Shown here one piece after another: positions 8,875-18,299 of a stretch of DNA of 64,000 bases. Location: the NCBI GenBank assembly GCA_965203365.1, contig OZ241878.1, positions 2,054,174 to 2,118,173 of the forward strand, given 5' to 3'. The translations under genes were made by a program, and so were the position numbers. How positions within the stretch are numbered: position 1 is the first letter of the stretch; each line of letters opens with the position of its first letter. The notes below the pieces were generated by a model. That model searched no databases. It saw only the letters and a list, made by a program, of their open reading frames with translations, and was not told the DNA's origin. Origin of the DNA: Candidatus Poriferihabitaceae bacterium. GTDB taxonomy: Bacteria; Pseudomonadota; Gammaproteobacteria; Arenicellales; Poriferihabitantaceae.

Positions 8875-9867
8875 TCAGGGAATCACCCCGATGACCCCGA
8901 TACAGTCCCCCGGCTGGACCAAGCCGGGAAAATGGCGTCCGGCAAGGATACCCGCTCGACTAGCGGGATATGCCACCGGGGAGATACCCGTGCGGTCCAA
9001 AGGCCAAATGTGCGCAATCACGTCACCTTGTCCCACCTTCGATCCCAAGTCAATCATCGGCTCCAGCAGGCCCTCCTGAGTGGAAAAGATGTAGCAGTCT
9101 TCATCTGGCATTTCGAGGCAGGTGCTGTCGGCAATCTCTGGTTTGTCCCGTAGGATCCCGGCATGGATGAGAAAATTGCGGACGCCCTTCCTGGCGACGC
9201 TGACCGACCGAGTTGTCAGAGTACCTCCTCCACCCAGTTCGGTAGAAAGGAATACTTTTCCTTGCTGTTCCGCCGCCGTGTCGTACATCCCCATGGGGTC
9301 GATTTCCAACATCATCATGGAATAAGGGGCATTGAAAGCCTGCATGGCGGACACACAGGCCGCCTGCTGTCTCTTATCTTCCAGGATATGGGCGACGGCA
9401 AGGGGTACAAATTCCAGTGTCTTGCCACCGGAATGGATATCGAGGACATAATCCGCCATGGGTAGCAGGGTCTGCTGGAAGTAGTCGGCAATTATGTCTG
9501 TTATGGTCCCATCGGGTCGCCCAGGAAAGGCCCGGTTCAGATTGCCCCCATCAATGGGTGAGGTTCGCTTACCGGCCCGAAAAGCCGGATAGTTGAACGC
9601 TGGCACGATCACGACGCTGCCGCGAATTGATGCGGGATTCAGGGTCAGGGCGAGTTCCTGCAGGACCACTGGGCCTTCGTATTCGTCCCCATGATTCGCA
9701 CCAGTGAGCAGGGCAACAGGACCATCTCCGTTCCGGACCACGCTGATGGGGATCATCATCATCCCCCATGCCGAATCGTCCCGGCTGTGGGGAAGCTTCA
9801 GGAAACCATGGTGCATCCCATCGCTGTCGAGGGGAATTGTGCAATGGACGGGGTTGGCTCTTTTCAT
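8875..9867 (-). CDS. Succinylglutamate desuccinylase/aspartoacylase-family zinc deacylase, DoeB-like (N-acetyl-diaminobutyrate deacetylase-like)
   Basis: LLTGANHGDEYEGPVVLQEL, IVPAFNYPAFRAGKRTSPIDGGNLNRAFPG and LDIHSGG are AstE/AspA-family zinc-ligand and active-site motifs. 330 aa, as in DoeB. Confidence 0.75.
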   Translation of the reverse strand: MKRANPVHCTIPLDSDGMHHGFLKLPHSRDDSAWGMMMIPISVVRNGDGPVALLTGANHGDEYEGPVVLQELALTLNPASIRGSVVIVPAFNYPAFRAGKRTSPIDGGNLNRAFPGRPDGTITDIIADYFQQTLLPMADYVLDIHSGGKTLEFVPLAVAHILEDKRQQAACVSAMQAFNAPYSMMMLEIDPMGMYDTAAEQQGKVFLSTELGGGGTLTTRSVSVARKGVRNFLIHAGILRDKPEIADSTCLEMPDEDCYIFSTQEGLLEPMIDLGSKVGQGDVIAHIWPLDRTGISPVAYPASRAGILAGRHFPGLVQPGDCIGVIGVIP

Positions 9868-10653
9868 ATACTCGGTGCCCGATCAATGGGTTGGCCTGTG
9901 ACTTTTCTGGTCCGATCAATCGGGTCAGCCGCTGTTGCAGGTCACATCGGTACTGTAGCATGCAAATCAGTAAGGTCGATTCGATTCTTGGCGGCCGTCA
10001 AATGGGGTCATTTCAGACAGCCAATCGAAGATCGACTTGTCCGGAAAGACACCAATGGCTTCCGGCAAGCTTAGGAGAAGTGCCCCGTTCGTCATGACGA
10101 CTCGGCATTCGATGGACCGACTCGACTCCCATGGCCTTAGGGGAGAAGACAGCCGGATTCTCCGTATGGGATGGCGGTGGGGCTGCATCTTTCCACCGCT
10201 CCACGGAGGCTTTGGTCTGTCAAGGATTCGGTTGAGCCGGAAAATGCCTGGACAATCCGAAGGAGGGGGGTTGGAATGTCGAGGCACGCATCACTCCTCC
10301 GATGACCGAATTGCTCCTCAGGGTCGTGCGCTGGCGGGAGCATCTGGAAATTCCCAGGACCCAGACCGCGAGATGACGCAATCCTTGGGGGGGATCCCTG
10401 AATCACACTGGCCTGTGTTGGCGTCACGAAAACGAACTCCCCGGGACATCCGCCTTGGGAACCGGCAATCGCGGGGGGCAGTCGTATACAGCAAGAAGGT
10501 GGCGAGGCCTTCGGGAGGGGGATGGCTGTTTCATCAGGGTCTTGGGCCCAGGAACAAACGCCAGCTGGGCCTGATCGGACCAAGTCGTTCGATGGGCGCA
10601 TCGGAAGCGTCCGCGGGGTTTCGAGAGCCTGCTCCGACGGTCTGAAATCTATG

Positions 10654-11779
10654 TCAGCAGGTGACAGCTACCAAGTGGTTATCCCAAGGATCTGGCGTGA
10701 CAAAGCCATTCGCCAGTGCGTGTGTCTCGCCCGTGTGTGCATCGATATGCCACACACTCCCCCTGCCGCTGGTCACGATGAAACAGCCTGAACAGGTCGA
10801 GGGGGCGACACCACTGCCGTCAACAGCGGGTACGGATGCCAGCCAAGTACCGGTATCCGCATTCCAGAATGTCACGACATGGCCACGTGGTGCCGAAGCG
10901 GCGATAATCTTTCCGGATGAATCGAATGCGATGCTGCCGCAATATTGCCTCATCGCCCGCAGAGCAGCTTCTGGTATGGGCAAGGGATGCAGGGTTCGGC
11001 CGCGCTGGAGGGCAACCAGGGGAACGAGGTCATCGCGCGGGCCTTCCGTACTGCATGGCGACAGCGACCATTTTGTTCCGATTGGTGGTCAGATGGCGGA
11101 TGCTAAGCTGGTGAAGCGTGGCATCCATTCGGTATTCGGTGAGTAGCGCCCCGGTCTGTCGGTCAACATACGCCAGCAACGGAGTCATCTCGGGCACATT
11201 GAGCTTGATCCGCGGCAGATCGGGGTGCGTCGCGATGCCTCCGTTGGCGATGGCCAGCGTGGTGCCATCCGGCAGCAGCACGATCTCGTGTGGGCCAATT
11301 CCATAGGAAGGGAACTCACCTGCCCGGGTGTAGTCATTGATCGCATCGTAGACACCAATCACCCCCCGAACTCCCTCGAAATCGTTTTCGCTGACATACA
11401 GAAACCGGCCGTCAGGGCCGAAGGTGCCATGGCCTTGAAAGCGTCGGTTTTCAGGAGGTGAGAATGTTCCCACCGCGGCTCCATGCGTGAGGTCAATGAC
11501 GAGTGCGAAGACCCCCGGACGACGGGAAAAATGGACAGCGGTGCGACCACTCGGGCTCACGGCAAAGGAATGGCCCCGGTCGGGCAACGGCAGCTCGAAG
11601 ACGGGCAGGCCGGAAGGCAGGAACCCGATAACCGAATAGGTCTCGGCCTTGCGGGCGTGTGCACTGAGATAGACGGAACCGTCAGGGCGGTTGAGAAATG
11701 GGTACGGTAGAATGGTCCCCACACCCCCGACGGTGAGCCACCCGATCACCGCTCTGCGGTCAATCGCCATCAAGGGCAT
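10654..11779 (-). pseudogene. DUF1513-family (Tat-signal, beta-propeller-like) gene of the imelysin cluster, split by an apparent +1 frameshift
   Basis: Track ORFs 11030..11869 and 10654..10983 are contiguous parts in different frames. Removing one G from the GG at 11046-11047 restores ...VAVAMQYEGPRDDLVPLVALQRGRTLHPLPIPEAALRAMRQYCGSIAFD... The probable start is MPLMAIDRRAV (twin-arginine) at 11779 or 11770. Confidence 0.6.
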
Positions 11780-11846
11780 TGAAACCGACAGCGAAACCCA
11801 GCACACCGGACAGTCGATCACGGACAATCTGACGCAGGGCTCGGAC

Positions 11847-12872
11847 CTAGAGAACGAGCCGGGTGACATTGGGTCGGAGTGTTGGGTTCAACGCCGTGAT
11901 CTCCAGCGGGCGGTGGATGGAATTGGCGGTCTCAAGCGTCACGCGAAACGCTTTGCGTAACACTTGGTCGAGGGCGGGGTCGACCTGCGCCGCGAGGTCC
12001 CCGAGTCCCGGTCCGCCCTCCCCCAGATAAAGCGCTTGCAAGGCGGCCAGACCGACCGTCACATGGCGGGCAGACTGCCCACTAAGGCGCGACTCAGCGA
12101 GAGTCGGGCGCACGTCTTGTAGCGATTCACCGACCACGGGCTTTAACCGAACATCGACGATGAACTGCAGTCCATTATGCAGGCTCGTAAACAGGGCGAG
12201 CGTGACATCTTGATGATTGCGGAACCAGCCGTCACCCACACCGGAACCGACCATGCTCAGAACGAAAGGGGGGTCGCCTTCCGTCCAATGAATCAGCGTC
12301 TCTGCAGCCATCCGCTGCAGGTTATCGGTCACTGCCCCCAAAAGTCGGCAGCCCTGAGGATGGATCAGAAAATCCTCATCAAAAATCAATTGTTCAATAG
12401 CAGGAAAGCCCTGGACCGCCGCACTGGTCCGAGCGAACTGGTCCGGACTCAACGCTTCGTCGTCAAGCGGAAGGGCGGCCTCAATAGCACCCTTGACCTT
12501 ATGTCGCGCCTGTGGCCAAAAATGAAACCGCTGGTGGCGGGAGAAGTATTCGATCGGTCCAAAATGGATATGCTGGATGCTCACAAATGCCCGCATCGCA
12601 TCCCGAAAGGCCGCTCGCAGCCGTGGCAACTGCTGAATTGGCTGATGGTCCGTGCAGCTCTCCACCGCCGCCAGGGCCAAGCTCTCAGTCTGGCGGGCCA
12701 ACCGAACATAGCGCGGCAGAATATGTCCTTCGACCAGCGCCATATTGATACGTGCGTAATCCGACGCCGGTATGGACCCCTTTGATTCGGCTACAGCGGT
12801 GCCGACCAACAACAGCATCCCGAGAGCGAGCGAACGGACCGTGGATCTCATCAGAGGCCAGTCATGGTTCAC
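11847..12872 (-). CDS. Imelysin-family (peptidase M75-like) periplasmic protein
   Basis: Signal peptide, FGPIEYFSRHQRFHFWP and GFPAIEQLIF motifs. The ATG overlaps the DUF1111 stop as ATGA. The position matches the conserved imelysin/DUF1111/imelysin/DUF1513 cluster. Confidence 0.65.
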   Translation of the reverse strand: MNHDWPLMRSTVRSLALGMLLLVGTAVAESKGSIPASDYARINMALVEGHILPRYVRLARQTESLALAAVESCTDHQPIQQLPRLRAAFRDAMRAFVSIQHIHFGPIEYFSRHQRFHFWPQARHKVKGAIEAALPLDDEALSPDQFARTSAAVQGFPAIEQLIFDEDFLIHPQGCRLLGAVTDNLQRMAAETLIHWTEGDPPFVLSMVGSGVGDGWFRNHQDVTLALFTSLHNGLQFIVDVRLKPVVGESLQDVRPTLAESRLSGQSARHVTVGLAALQALYLGEGGPGLGDLAAQVDPALDQVLRKAFRVTLETANSIHRPLEITALNPTLRPNVTRLVL

Positions 12873-14362
12873 AGCGAACGCAGGAAGGCGAGCAGGGCCA
12901 TGCGTTCATCTCGGGTCATGGCGACGACCTGATCTCGGGACGCCTGAGCTTCACCTCCATGCCAGAGGATGGCTTCCAGAAGGTTTCGTGCCCGACCGTC
13001 ATGCAGGAACTGCGTATGACCGCTGACCAATTCGGTGAGCCCGATCCCCCAAAGCGGAGGAGTGCGCCATTCCCGACCGGTGGCCTCGCCCTCCGGTCGA
13101 TGGTCGGCGAGCTCCTCTCCCATATCGTGCAGCAGTAGGTCGCTGTAAGGCCAGACCAACTGGAAGGACTGTTCTATGCCAATCGAATCACGTCGCGTGA
13201 CGAACTTAGGGCGGTGACAGGCAGTGCAGCTGGCTCCATGGAACAGGCGCTTGCCGTGGAGGACTTGAGGGTCGTTGATGTCTCGGCGAGCCGGAACGGC
13301 CAAGTTTCGAGTATAGAAGGCGACCCGATCCATCATCTCTTCCCCGGCTTCAATACGGGGCGTAGCCGCCGTATCTCCATGTGGCATTGTCCGGCAGTCC
13401 GACTGGGCCGCCGTACAATCTCCCCATGGTTCCGGACGCAGGGGGGTGGCAATTCCGATGTCGTTACGGAACGCCGTGGCAGCCTGTTGCACGATGGTGG
13501 GCTGGGCCGCTTTCCAGCCGAAGCGCCCGAGCATCCGCCGCTGGTGTTCGTCACTCCATACCCGATTGGGACGACCAGAGATCCCATCCTCATTTCGGTC
13601 ATCGGGGTCGGCACCAGCGAGGATATCGGCTTCCGGGATGGCCTCAAGCAGTCCCATCCCAATCATCGGCGGGGCAATGCGAGGTGACGACTGGGTGTCG
13701 GGTCCTAGGGGGCCATAGGCGAGACGGGTGATGTCATACGTCGGTTGGCGAAGATGGACCACCTCGTCATCGGACAGGACGACCGGTATTTCCTCGTAGG
13801 ATACCTCGATTTCTCCCTCAGCCAAGGCATCCTGGACGGCGAAATTCTGAAGCTGCCCCCCATAGACCCGGTCGGGATGGCCCGTGGAAATGGTGAGCTT
13901 GAGGATCATGGATTCTGCCCGCTGGCCGGGAGAAGGGGGATGGCCACGTCCGTCTTTCAGATGGCAACGTTGACAAGATCGCGCGTTGAAGAGTGGACCG
14001 AGCCCATCCGATGACTGGGTGGAAGCTGGTGCGGAAACCCAAGTCTTACGGAAGATGCCGTTGCCAACATGGAATTCCAGGGCGCGCTCGAAACTCATGT
14101 TGGCCGATGGGTGAGAGAAGGAGTTTCGATTGAGCGTCTTGAATACGGTCGTCGCCCCACCCGGATATCGCTCATAGCTTTCTGCGGTGCTGAAATCCAT
14201 GGTCGGCTGCGTCACGGTTGCGATTCGCGCCCGCTGGGCTTCGTCCGACAGGGTGGGGGCGGTTGATCCCATCGTCGCGCTGATGACGGCGAACAGTGTG
14301 GCCGTCCACACGACGGAGCGCCTTGCTCGCCAGGGTTTCATATGTCGGGTGGCTGGGTTCAT
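12869..14362 (-). CDS. DUF1111 di-haem cytochrome-c-peroxidase-like oxidoreductase
   Basis: Two CxxCH haem sites (SCQRCH and SCTACH), GRFGWKA, and a signal peptide. 497 aa, typical for the family. Confidence 0.8.
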   Translation of the reverse strand: MNPATRHMKPWRARRSVVWTATLFAVISATMGSTAPTLSDEAQRARIATVTQPTMDFSTAESYERYPGGATTVFKTLNRNSFSHPSANMSFERALEFHVGNGIFRKTWVSAPASTQSSDGLGPLFNARSCQRCHLKDGRGHPPSPGQRAESMILKLTISTGHPDRVYGGQLQNFAVQDALAEGEIEVSYEEIPVVLSDDEVVHLRQPTYDITRLAYGPLGPDTQSSPRIAPPMIGMGLLEAIPEADILAGADPDDRNEDGISGRPNRVWSDEHQRRMLGRFGWKAAQPTIVQQAATAFRNDIGIATPLRPEPWGDCTAAQSDCRTMPHGDTAATPRIEAGEEMMDRVAFYTRNLAVPARRDINDPQVLHGKRLFHGASCTACHRPKFVTRRDSIGIEQSFQLVWPYSDLLLHDMGEELADHRPEGEATGREWRTPPLWGIGLTELVSGHTQFLHDGRARNLLEAILWHGGEAQASRDQVVAMTRDERMALLAFLRSL

Positions 14363-14437
14363 ACGGTTACATTCAGATCAGGATGAAGATCTCCCATTTG
14401 CTGATGTCAAGACATCCTCTCTATTGCTAATAGTAAC

Positions 14438-14456
14438 AATTCTCATTATAATAAGC
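14438..14456. promoter_or_regulatory. Candidate Fur box in the divergent promoter region of the imelysin cluster
   Basis: aattctcattataataagc matches the 19-nt Fur consensus (GATAATGATTATCATTATC orientation) at 12 of 19 positions by my count. It sits in an AT-rich 150-nt divergent intergenic region with several NATWAT-like hexamers. Confidence 0.35.
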
Positions 14457-14516
14457 AATAATTTCTTATCGGCATCGGCCGGGTACGAAGAGAAACGACA
14501 GATGAGGAACCTGCAA

Positions 14517-15761
14517 ATGATGAAAACATTGTGTGCCGCAATGAGCATCGCCATCTTGGCGGCCCCCGCTTTCGCCACGACAAAAGACGCGGTGCTATCC
14601 CACTATGCCGACCTGGCGCAGGCGAAGTATCAAGATTCGCTGACCTCCGCGCTGGCCTTACGAGATGCGGTGAGTCAGCTGATCGCCGAGCCCACGTCGG
14701 CCCACCTTGTCGCTGCCCGCGAGGCTTGGGTCGCTTCGCGTATCCCCTATCAACAAAGCGAGGTATACCGATTCGGCAATGCGATCGTCGATGACTGGGA
14801 AGGTCAGGTGAATGCTTGGCCGCTGGACGAAGGGCTGATTGATTATGTGGCTGAGGGCTATGGCATGGAGTCGGAGGAGAATCCCGGCTATCGTGCCAAC
14901 GTGATCGCCAATCTCTCATTCTCCTTTGCGGGCCGGATGGTGGATGTGGATCGGGTCGACAAATCCCTGCTTAAATCGCTGCACGAGCTCGGCGGAGTCG
15001 AGGCCAATGTCGCTACCGGCTATCATGCGATCGAGTTTCTGCTGTGGGGGCAGGATCTCAACGGGACGGGGCCGGGAGCCGGCAATCGACCGGCGACTGA
15101 TTTTGACCCAGCCAACTGCTCTGGGGGGCACTGTGAACGCCGGGCCGCCTACCTACAAGCGGCGACCGACCTACTCATAGACGACCTCACCTGGATGGTC
15201 GCGCAATGGGGGGCGGATGGCGAAGCCCGTGCCGCGGCGGCCATTGCCGGACTGTCCGCAATTCTTACCGGCATGGGCAGTCTTTCCTATGGCGAGCTGG
15301 CTGGTGAACGCATGAAGCTCGGCTTGTTGCTGCACGACCCGGAAGAGGAGCACGATTGCTTCAGCGATAATACCCATGCCTCACATTACTATAATGCGCT
15401 CGGCATTCGGAACATTTATCTGGGGGAATACACGCAGATCAATGGGACATCGATGACAGGCCCCAGTGTATCGGCTCTGGTCGCCAATGCCGCGCCGGCC
15501 GTGGACCAGGAAATGCGCACCCAGCTCGACGCCACGATGGTGGCCATGTCCAAGTTGGTGGAGTCCACCCAGCACGGCGAAGCCTATGACCAGATGATTG
15601 GCGAAGGCAATGCCGCGGGCAATGCGCACGTTCAGTCAGCGATCAATACACTCACGGCACAGACCCGATCAATCGAGAAAATCGTCGCCGCGCTGGGCCT
15701 AGGAAGGCTGGCTTTAGAGGGGTCAGACAGCCTGGATGACCCCGAAGCAGTCTTCCGGTAG
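14517..15761 (+). CDS. Imelysin-family iron-regulated protein A-like (IrpA-like)
   Basis: GAGGA lies 8 nt upstream of the ATG at 14517. Signal peptide MMKTLCAAMSIAILAAPAFA. The GYHAIEFLLWGQDLN motif is typical of imelysins. The track's 14187 start would overlap the divergent DUF1111 gene. Confidence 0.75.
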   Translation: MMKTLCAAMSIAILAAPAFATTKDAVLSHYADLAQAKYQDSLTSALALRDAVSQLIAEPTSAHLVAAREAWVASRIPYQQSEVYRFGNAIVDDWEGQVNAWPLDEGLIDYVAEGYGMESEENPGYRANVIANLSFSFAGRMVDVDRVDKSLLKSLHELGGVEANVATGYHAIEFLLWGQDLNGTGPGAGNRPATDFDPANCSGGHCERRAAYLQAATDLLIDDLTWMVAQWGADGEARAAAAIAGLSAILTGMGSLSYGELAGERMKLGLLLHDPEEEHDCFSDNTHASHYYNALGIRNIYLGEYTQINGTSMTGPSVSALVANAAPAVDQEMRTQLDATMVAMSKLVESTQHGEAYDQMIGEGNAAGNAHVQSAINTLTAQTRSIEKIVAALGLGRLALEGSDSLDDPEAVFR

Positions 15762-15764
15762 CCT

Positions 15765-16075
15765 GACCAGGGCCTGTTAACGCTATCGTAATGCCTCACG
15801 ATGCGCACGAAGACAATCGACCCGAAAAACATCACATCCCGTTTCCCGAAGCGCGAGAATATCCTCCATAAGCCATTGAGCCGACGAAACAGACGCTCCC
15901 GCTCGTTACGTCGCTGGGACAGTGCCTAATCGTCCTTGCCGAGAGCCCCCTGGTTCCTCTGGGTCGGAAAAATATTTTGCATCCACAAAATTTTTCCCCT
16001 CACTGGCTCATGGTAGATGCAGTACCCCTTGCGGCAGATGTTGCCATTGATCCGACAGGCTCTTGATGCGGTGAG
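15765..16075 (-). mobile_element. Relic of an internally deleted IS5-family element (copy 1)
   Basis: The reverse strand encodes LSQRRNERERLFRRLNGLWRIFSRFGKRDVMFFGSIVFVRIV. This fits the Y..RN.iErlF.rLK.fRRi.tRyDK...F.g.i C-terminal signature of IS5/IS427-group transposases. It aligns base by base with 18545-18725 in the opposite orientation, and no DDE core lies between the N- and C-terminal remnants. Confidence 0.5.
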
Positions 16076-16081
16076 ATACCC

Positions 16082-17435
16082 GGCCGGGAGATCGAAGCCG
16101 GCGATGGGGCACCACGGGCATAAGCCGGTTCAGGCCGCCGGCGGTTCCACCGGCAAGGCCCGCAGATAGTCCCCAAAGGACGGAATCGGAATGCGGTAAT
16201 GATCCGGCCAGTCCCGCACCGGCGCCAGCAAGCCCGCATGCAGGGCCTGGGTCAGGAATCGGTCGAGGGATTCCCCAGTCTTGCCACGGCCCCTTTCCGT
16301 CAGGAACTCGATATCGTCGATCGACAACCGACCCCCCTGTTCTGCCGCCGCCTCGGCCAATCCCTTGTACACCCAAGCCCGGCTGGCACCCGCCGCTAGT
16401 CGGGCCGCATAGTACTCCCGCCTGTATTCCTCCGCCACGGCCATGGCCTCCGTCAGACCAGCCGCCTCCATCCGCCCCCCATGGGCCTTGAGAATCTCCC
16501 CCGCCGCCACCGACACACTGTTGAGATGCTGTGGCCACCCCTGGGACAACTCCACCAGCCGGGTAACCCACCTATCCTGATCCGCCGGGGAGTCGCTGAA
16601 CCCATAGGCCTCAAACATCGCCCGAATCACTTCGGCCGCCTCCTCGGTGGGCAAGGGCTCCAGGTTCACTACCCGCCCCCGGGCGAAGCGCGACAGACCA
16701 CACTGCCTGAGCACCTCCTGCGTATCGCTCAAGCCGAAAAACGCCCCCACCAAAGGAATCCCTTCCGGCGGATGGTGCAAACAGCCCATCACCCCCGTCG
16801 TAGTCTCGGCCACCGGGATACTCTGCGCCTCGTCCACCCCCACCACCAGATGGAACTGCGCCAGCAGCGGGGCCGCATTCTGGAACACCCAACTGGCCGT
16901 CACCTCAGCCTCATGATCCCGCCGCCCCCCCACCGACAGACCCCAGGCACCACCCCCCCGATCCGACAGTTCACGAAACAGTGTCCGCCCCAAGTCCATC
17001 AGCCCCTCCAGCCGCTGACCCCCCGAAGTCCCGGAGGCCCGGTCCCGAAGACGTTCGCTTTCCTGACTGACCGCCTGGATCAGGGTCCGGACAACCGCCA
17101 CCGGAGACCGAAGAGCATCGGGGCGCAGGTCCACCGCCACCCAAGGATCCGCCGGCGTCGAATGGCGTCTCACCGCCTCCAGACACTCAGCCATCAAAGC
17201 CGACTTGCCCGCGCCCGGAGCCCCCTGAAAGATCATCGTCCCACCCCCGACTCGTCCCGCCTGCAGACTGCTGACCGCTCGGCGAAAGAGATCGAATTCC
17301 ACCTCCCGGCCACGAAAGAACGGCTCGCGGCCCACTTCCGCTCGATCCGTCTGGTCCAGCCAGATGTCCAAGGGCAGCGGATCGGCCGGTGGAGGCTTGG
17401 GAAAGGGTCTTGGATTCATACCCACTATCTTACCC
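16082..17435. repeat. Direct repeat copy B (~1.35 kb) containing ATPase gene B
   Basis: See copy A; same orientation, 9161 nt downstream. Confidence 0.85.
16130..17419 (-). CDS. P-loop ATPase, AAA_22-like; paralog B
   Basis: Track ORF trimmed to the ATG at 17419 (MNPRPFPK), which gives exactly 429 aa like paralog A. It has the same Walker A and Walker B motifs. Confidence 0.8.
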   Translation of the reverse strand: MNPRPFPKPPPADPLPLDIWLDQTDRAEVGREPFFRGREVEFDLFRRAVSSLQAGRVGGGTMIFQGAPGAGKSALMAECLEAVRRHSTPADPWVAVDLRPDALRSPVAVVRTLIQAVSQESERLRDRASGTSGGQRLEGLMDLGRTLFRELSDRGGGAWGLSVGGRRDHEAEVTASWVFQNAAPLLAQFHLVVGVDEAQSIPVAETTTGVMGCLHHPPEGIPLVGAFFGLSDTQEVLRQCGLSRFARGRVVNLEPLPTEEAAEVIRAMFEAYGFSDSPADQDRWVTRLVELSQGWPQHLNSVSVAAGEILKAHGGRMEAAGLTEAMAVAEEYRREYYAARLAAGASRAWVYKGLAEAAAEQGGRLSIDDIEFLTERGRGKTGESLDRFLTQALHAGLLAPVRDWPDHYRIPIPSFGDYLRALPVEPPAA

Positions 17436-18166
17436 CAACCAGACCCGTCAGGGGATGAATGAGCCGCCCAGATTCGTTCCACCCGGTCCCGGTCATCCGA
17501 AACAGCCGCCACCACCGCCCCGGACAGGATGAAGAAACACCCCCACAGTCAGCGGTGGCATCCATCACCCGGGGTGACGGGAGTCGACCAGTATCCGGAT
17601 CATTGACCCCGACCCCCCGGTAGAATATGTGGCCCCGGAGCTTCCACGCCATAGCGACCCCGGACTCAGCATCCCCTGATGATCCCCGATTGATCGGTCC
17701 GTCTATGCGCTCCTACCCAACCCCACGCCGTTCAACCCCCCCCCTCTTCGCGAAATCAAGGTGTCGCTTCGGACCCGGAACAAGGAATCCGCTTATCCCC
17801 CGAACAGTGGCTGACCCCAACGCCATGGCCAAGGAGCGACCGCTTCACCGCGCCAGATGCCCTGTCGGGCGTGTCCACATCTCCCTGGAAGGCGCATCTC
17901 TGGGGGTGGATGGAATAGACATTAAGGGCAACCTTCCCCTCATCCAAGCGCCCCCGGAAGGTGGCGGCACCGGACAGGGCAATCCATTCCCACAGCGAGA
18001 AGTATTTTCGGGTTCCAGACTGACTTAACATCATCCAGTTCGAAACTCGGGAGCGTTCAGCAAATCCACCGGAGCGCCGGTGGACGGAGTCTGTGCGATG
18101 ACAGATGAATGGCCGAAACGCCAGACGGTGGTCAGCATGCTCACGCCAAGAAGCGCTCCTCATCAT

Positions 18167-18220
18167 CGGAAAATCTCCCGACTTCCACTCCGAAGTGCAA
18201 CACTCGCCGCGCTCCCAGAA
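18167..18220 (+). repeat. Conserved ~55-nt element, copy 1
   Basis: cggaaaatctcccgacttccactccgaagtgcaacactcgccgcgctcccagaa is about 85% identical to 55241-55295 in the same orientation. It contains the small hairpin acttc-cactcc-gaagt. Confidence 0.5.
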
Positions 18221-18299
18221 TGAGGGCATAGCCCAAAGGGAGGGAGCGAAATGCCTCCGCCCCGAAAATATTCACTAGGGGCGTGTTAACCCATTTTCA

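Noticed and set aside
14187-14516. N-terminal extension of the IrpA-like ORF as given in the track
   Set aside because: The extension would overlap the divergent DUF1111 gene and the AT-rich promoter. A GAGGA site plus ATG at 14517 gives a normal signal peptide.
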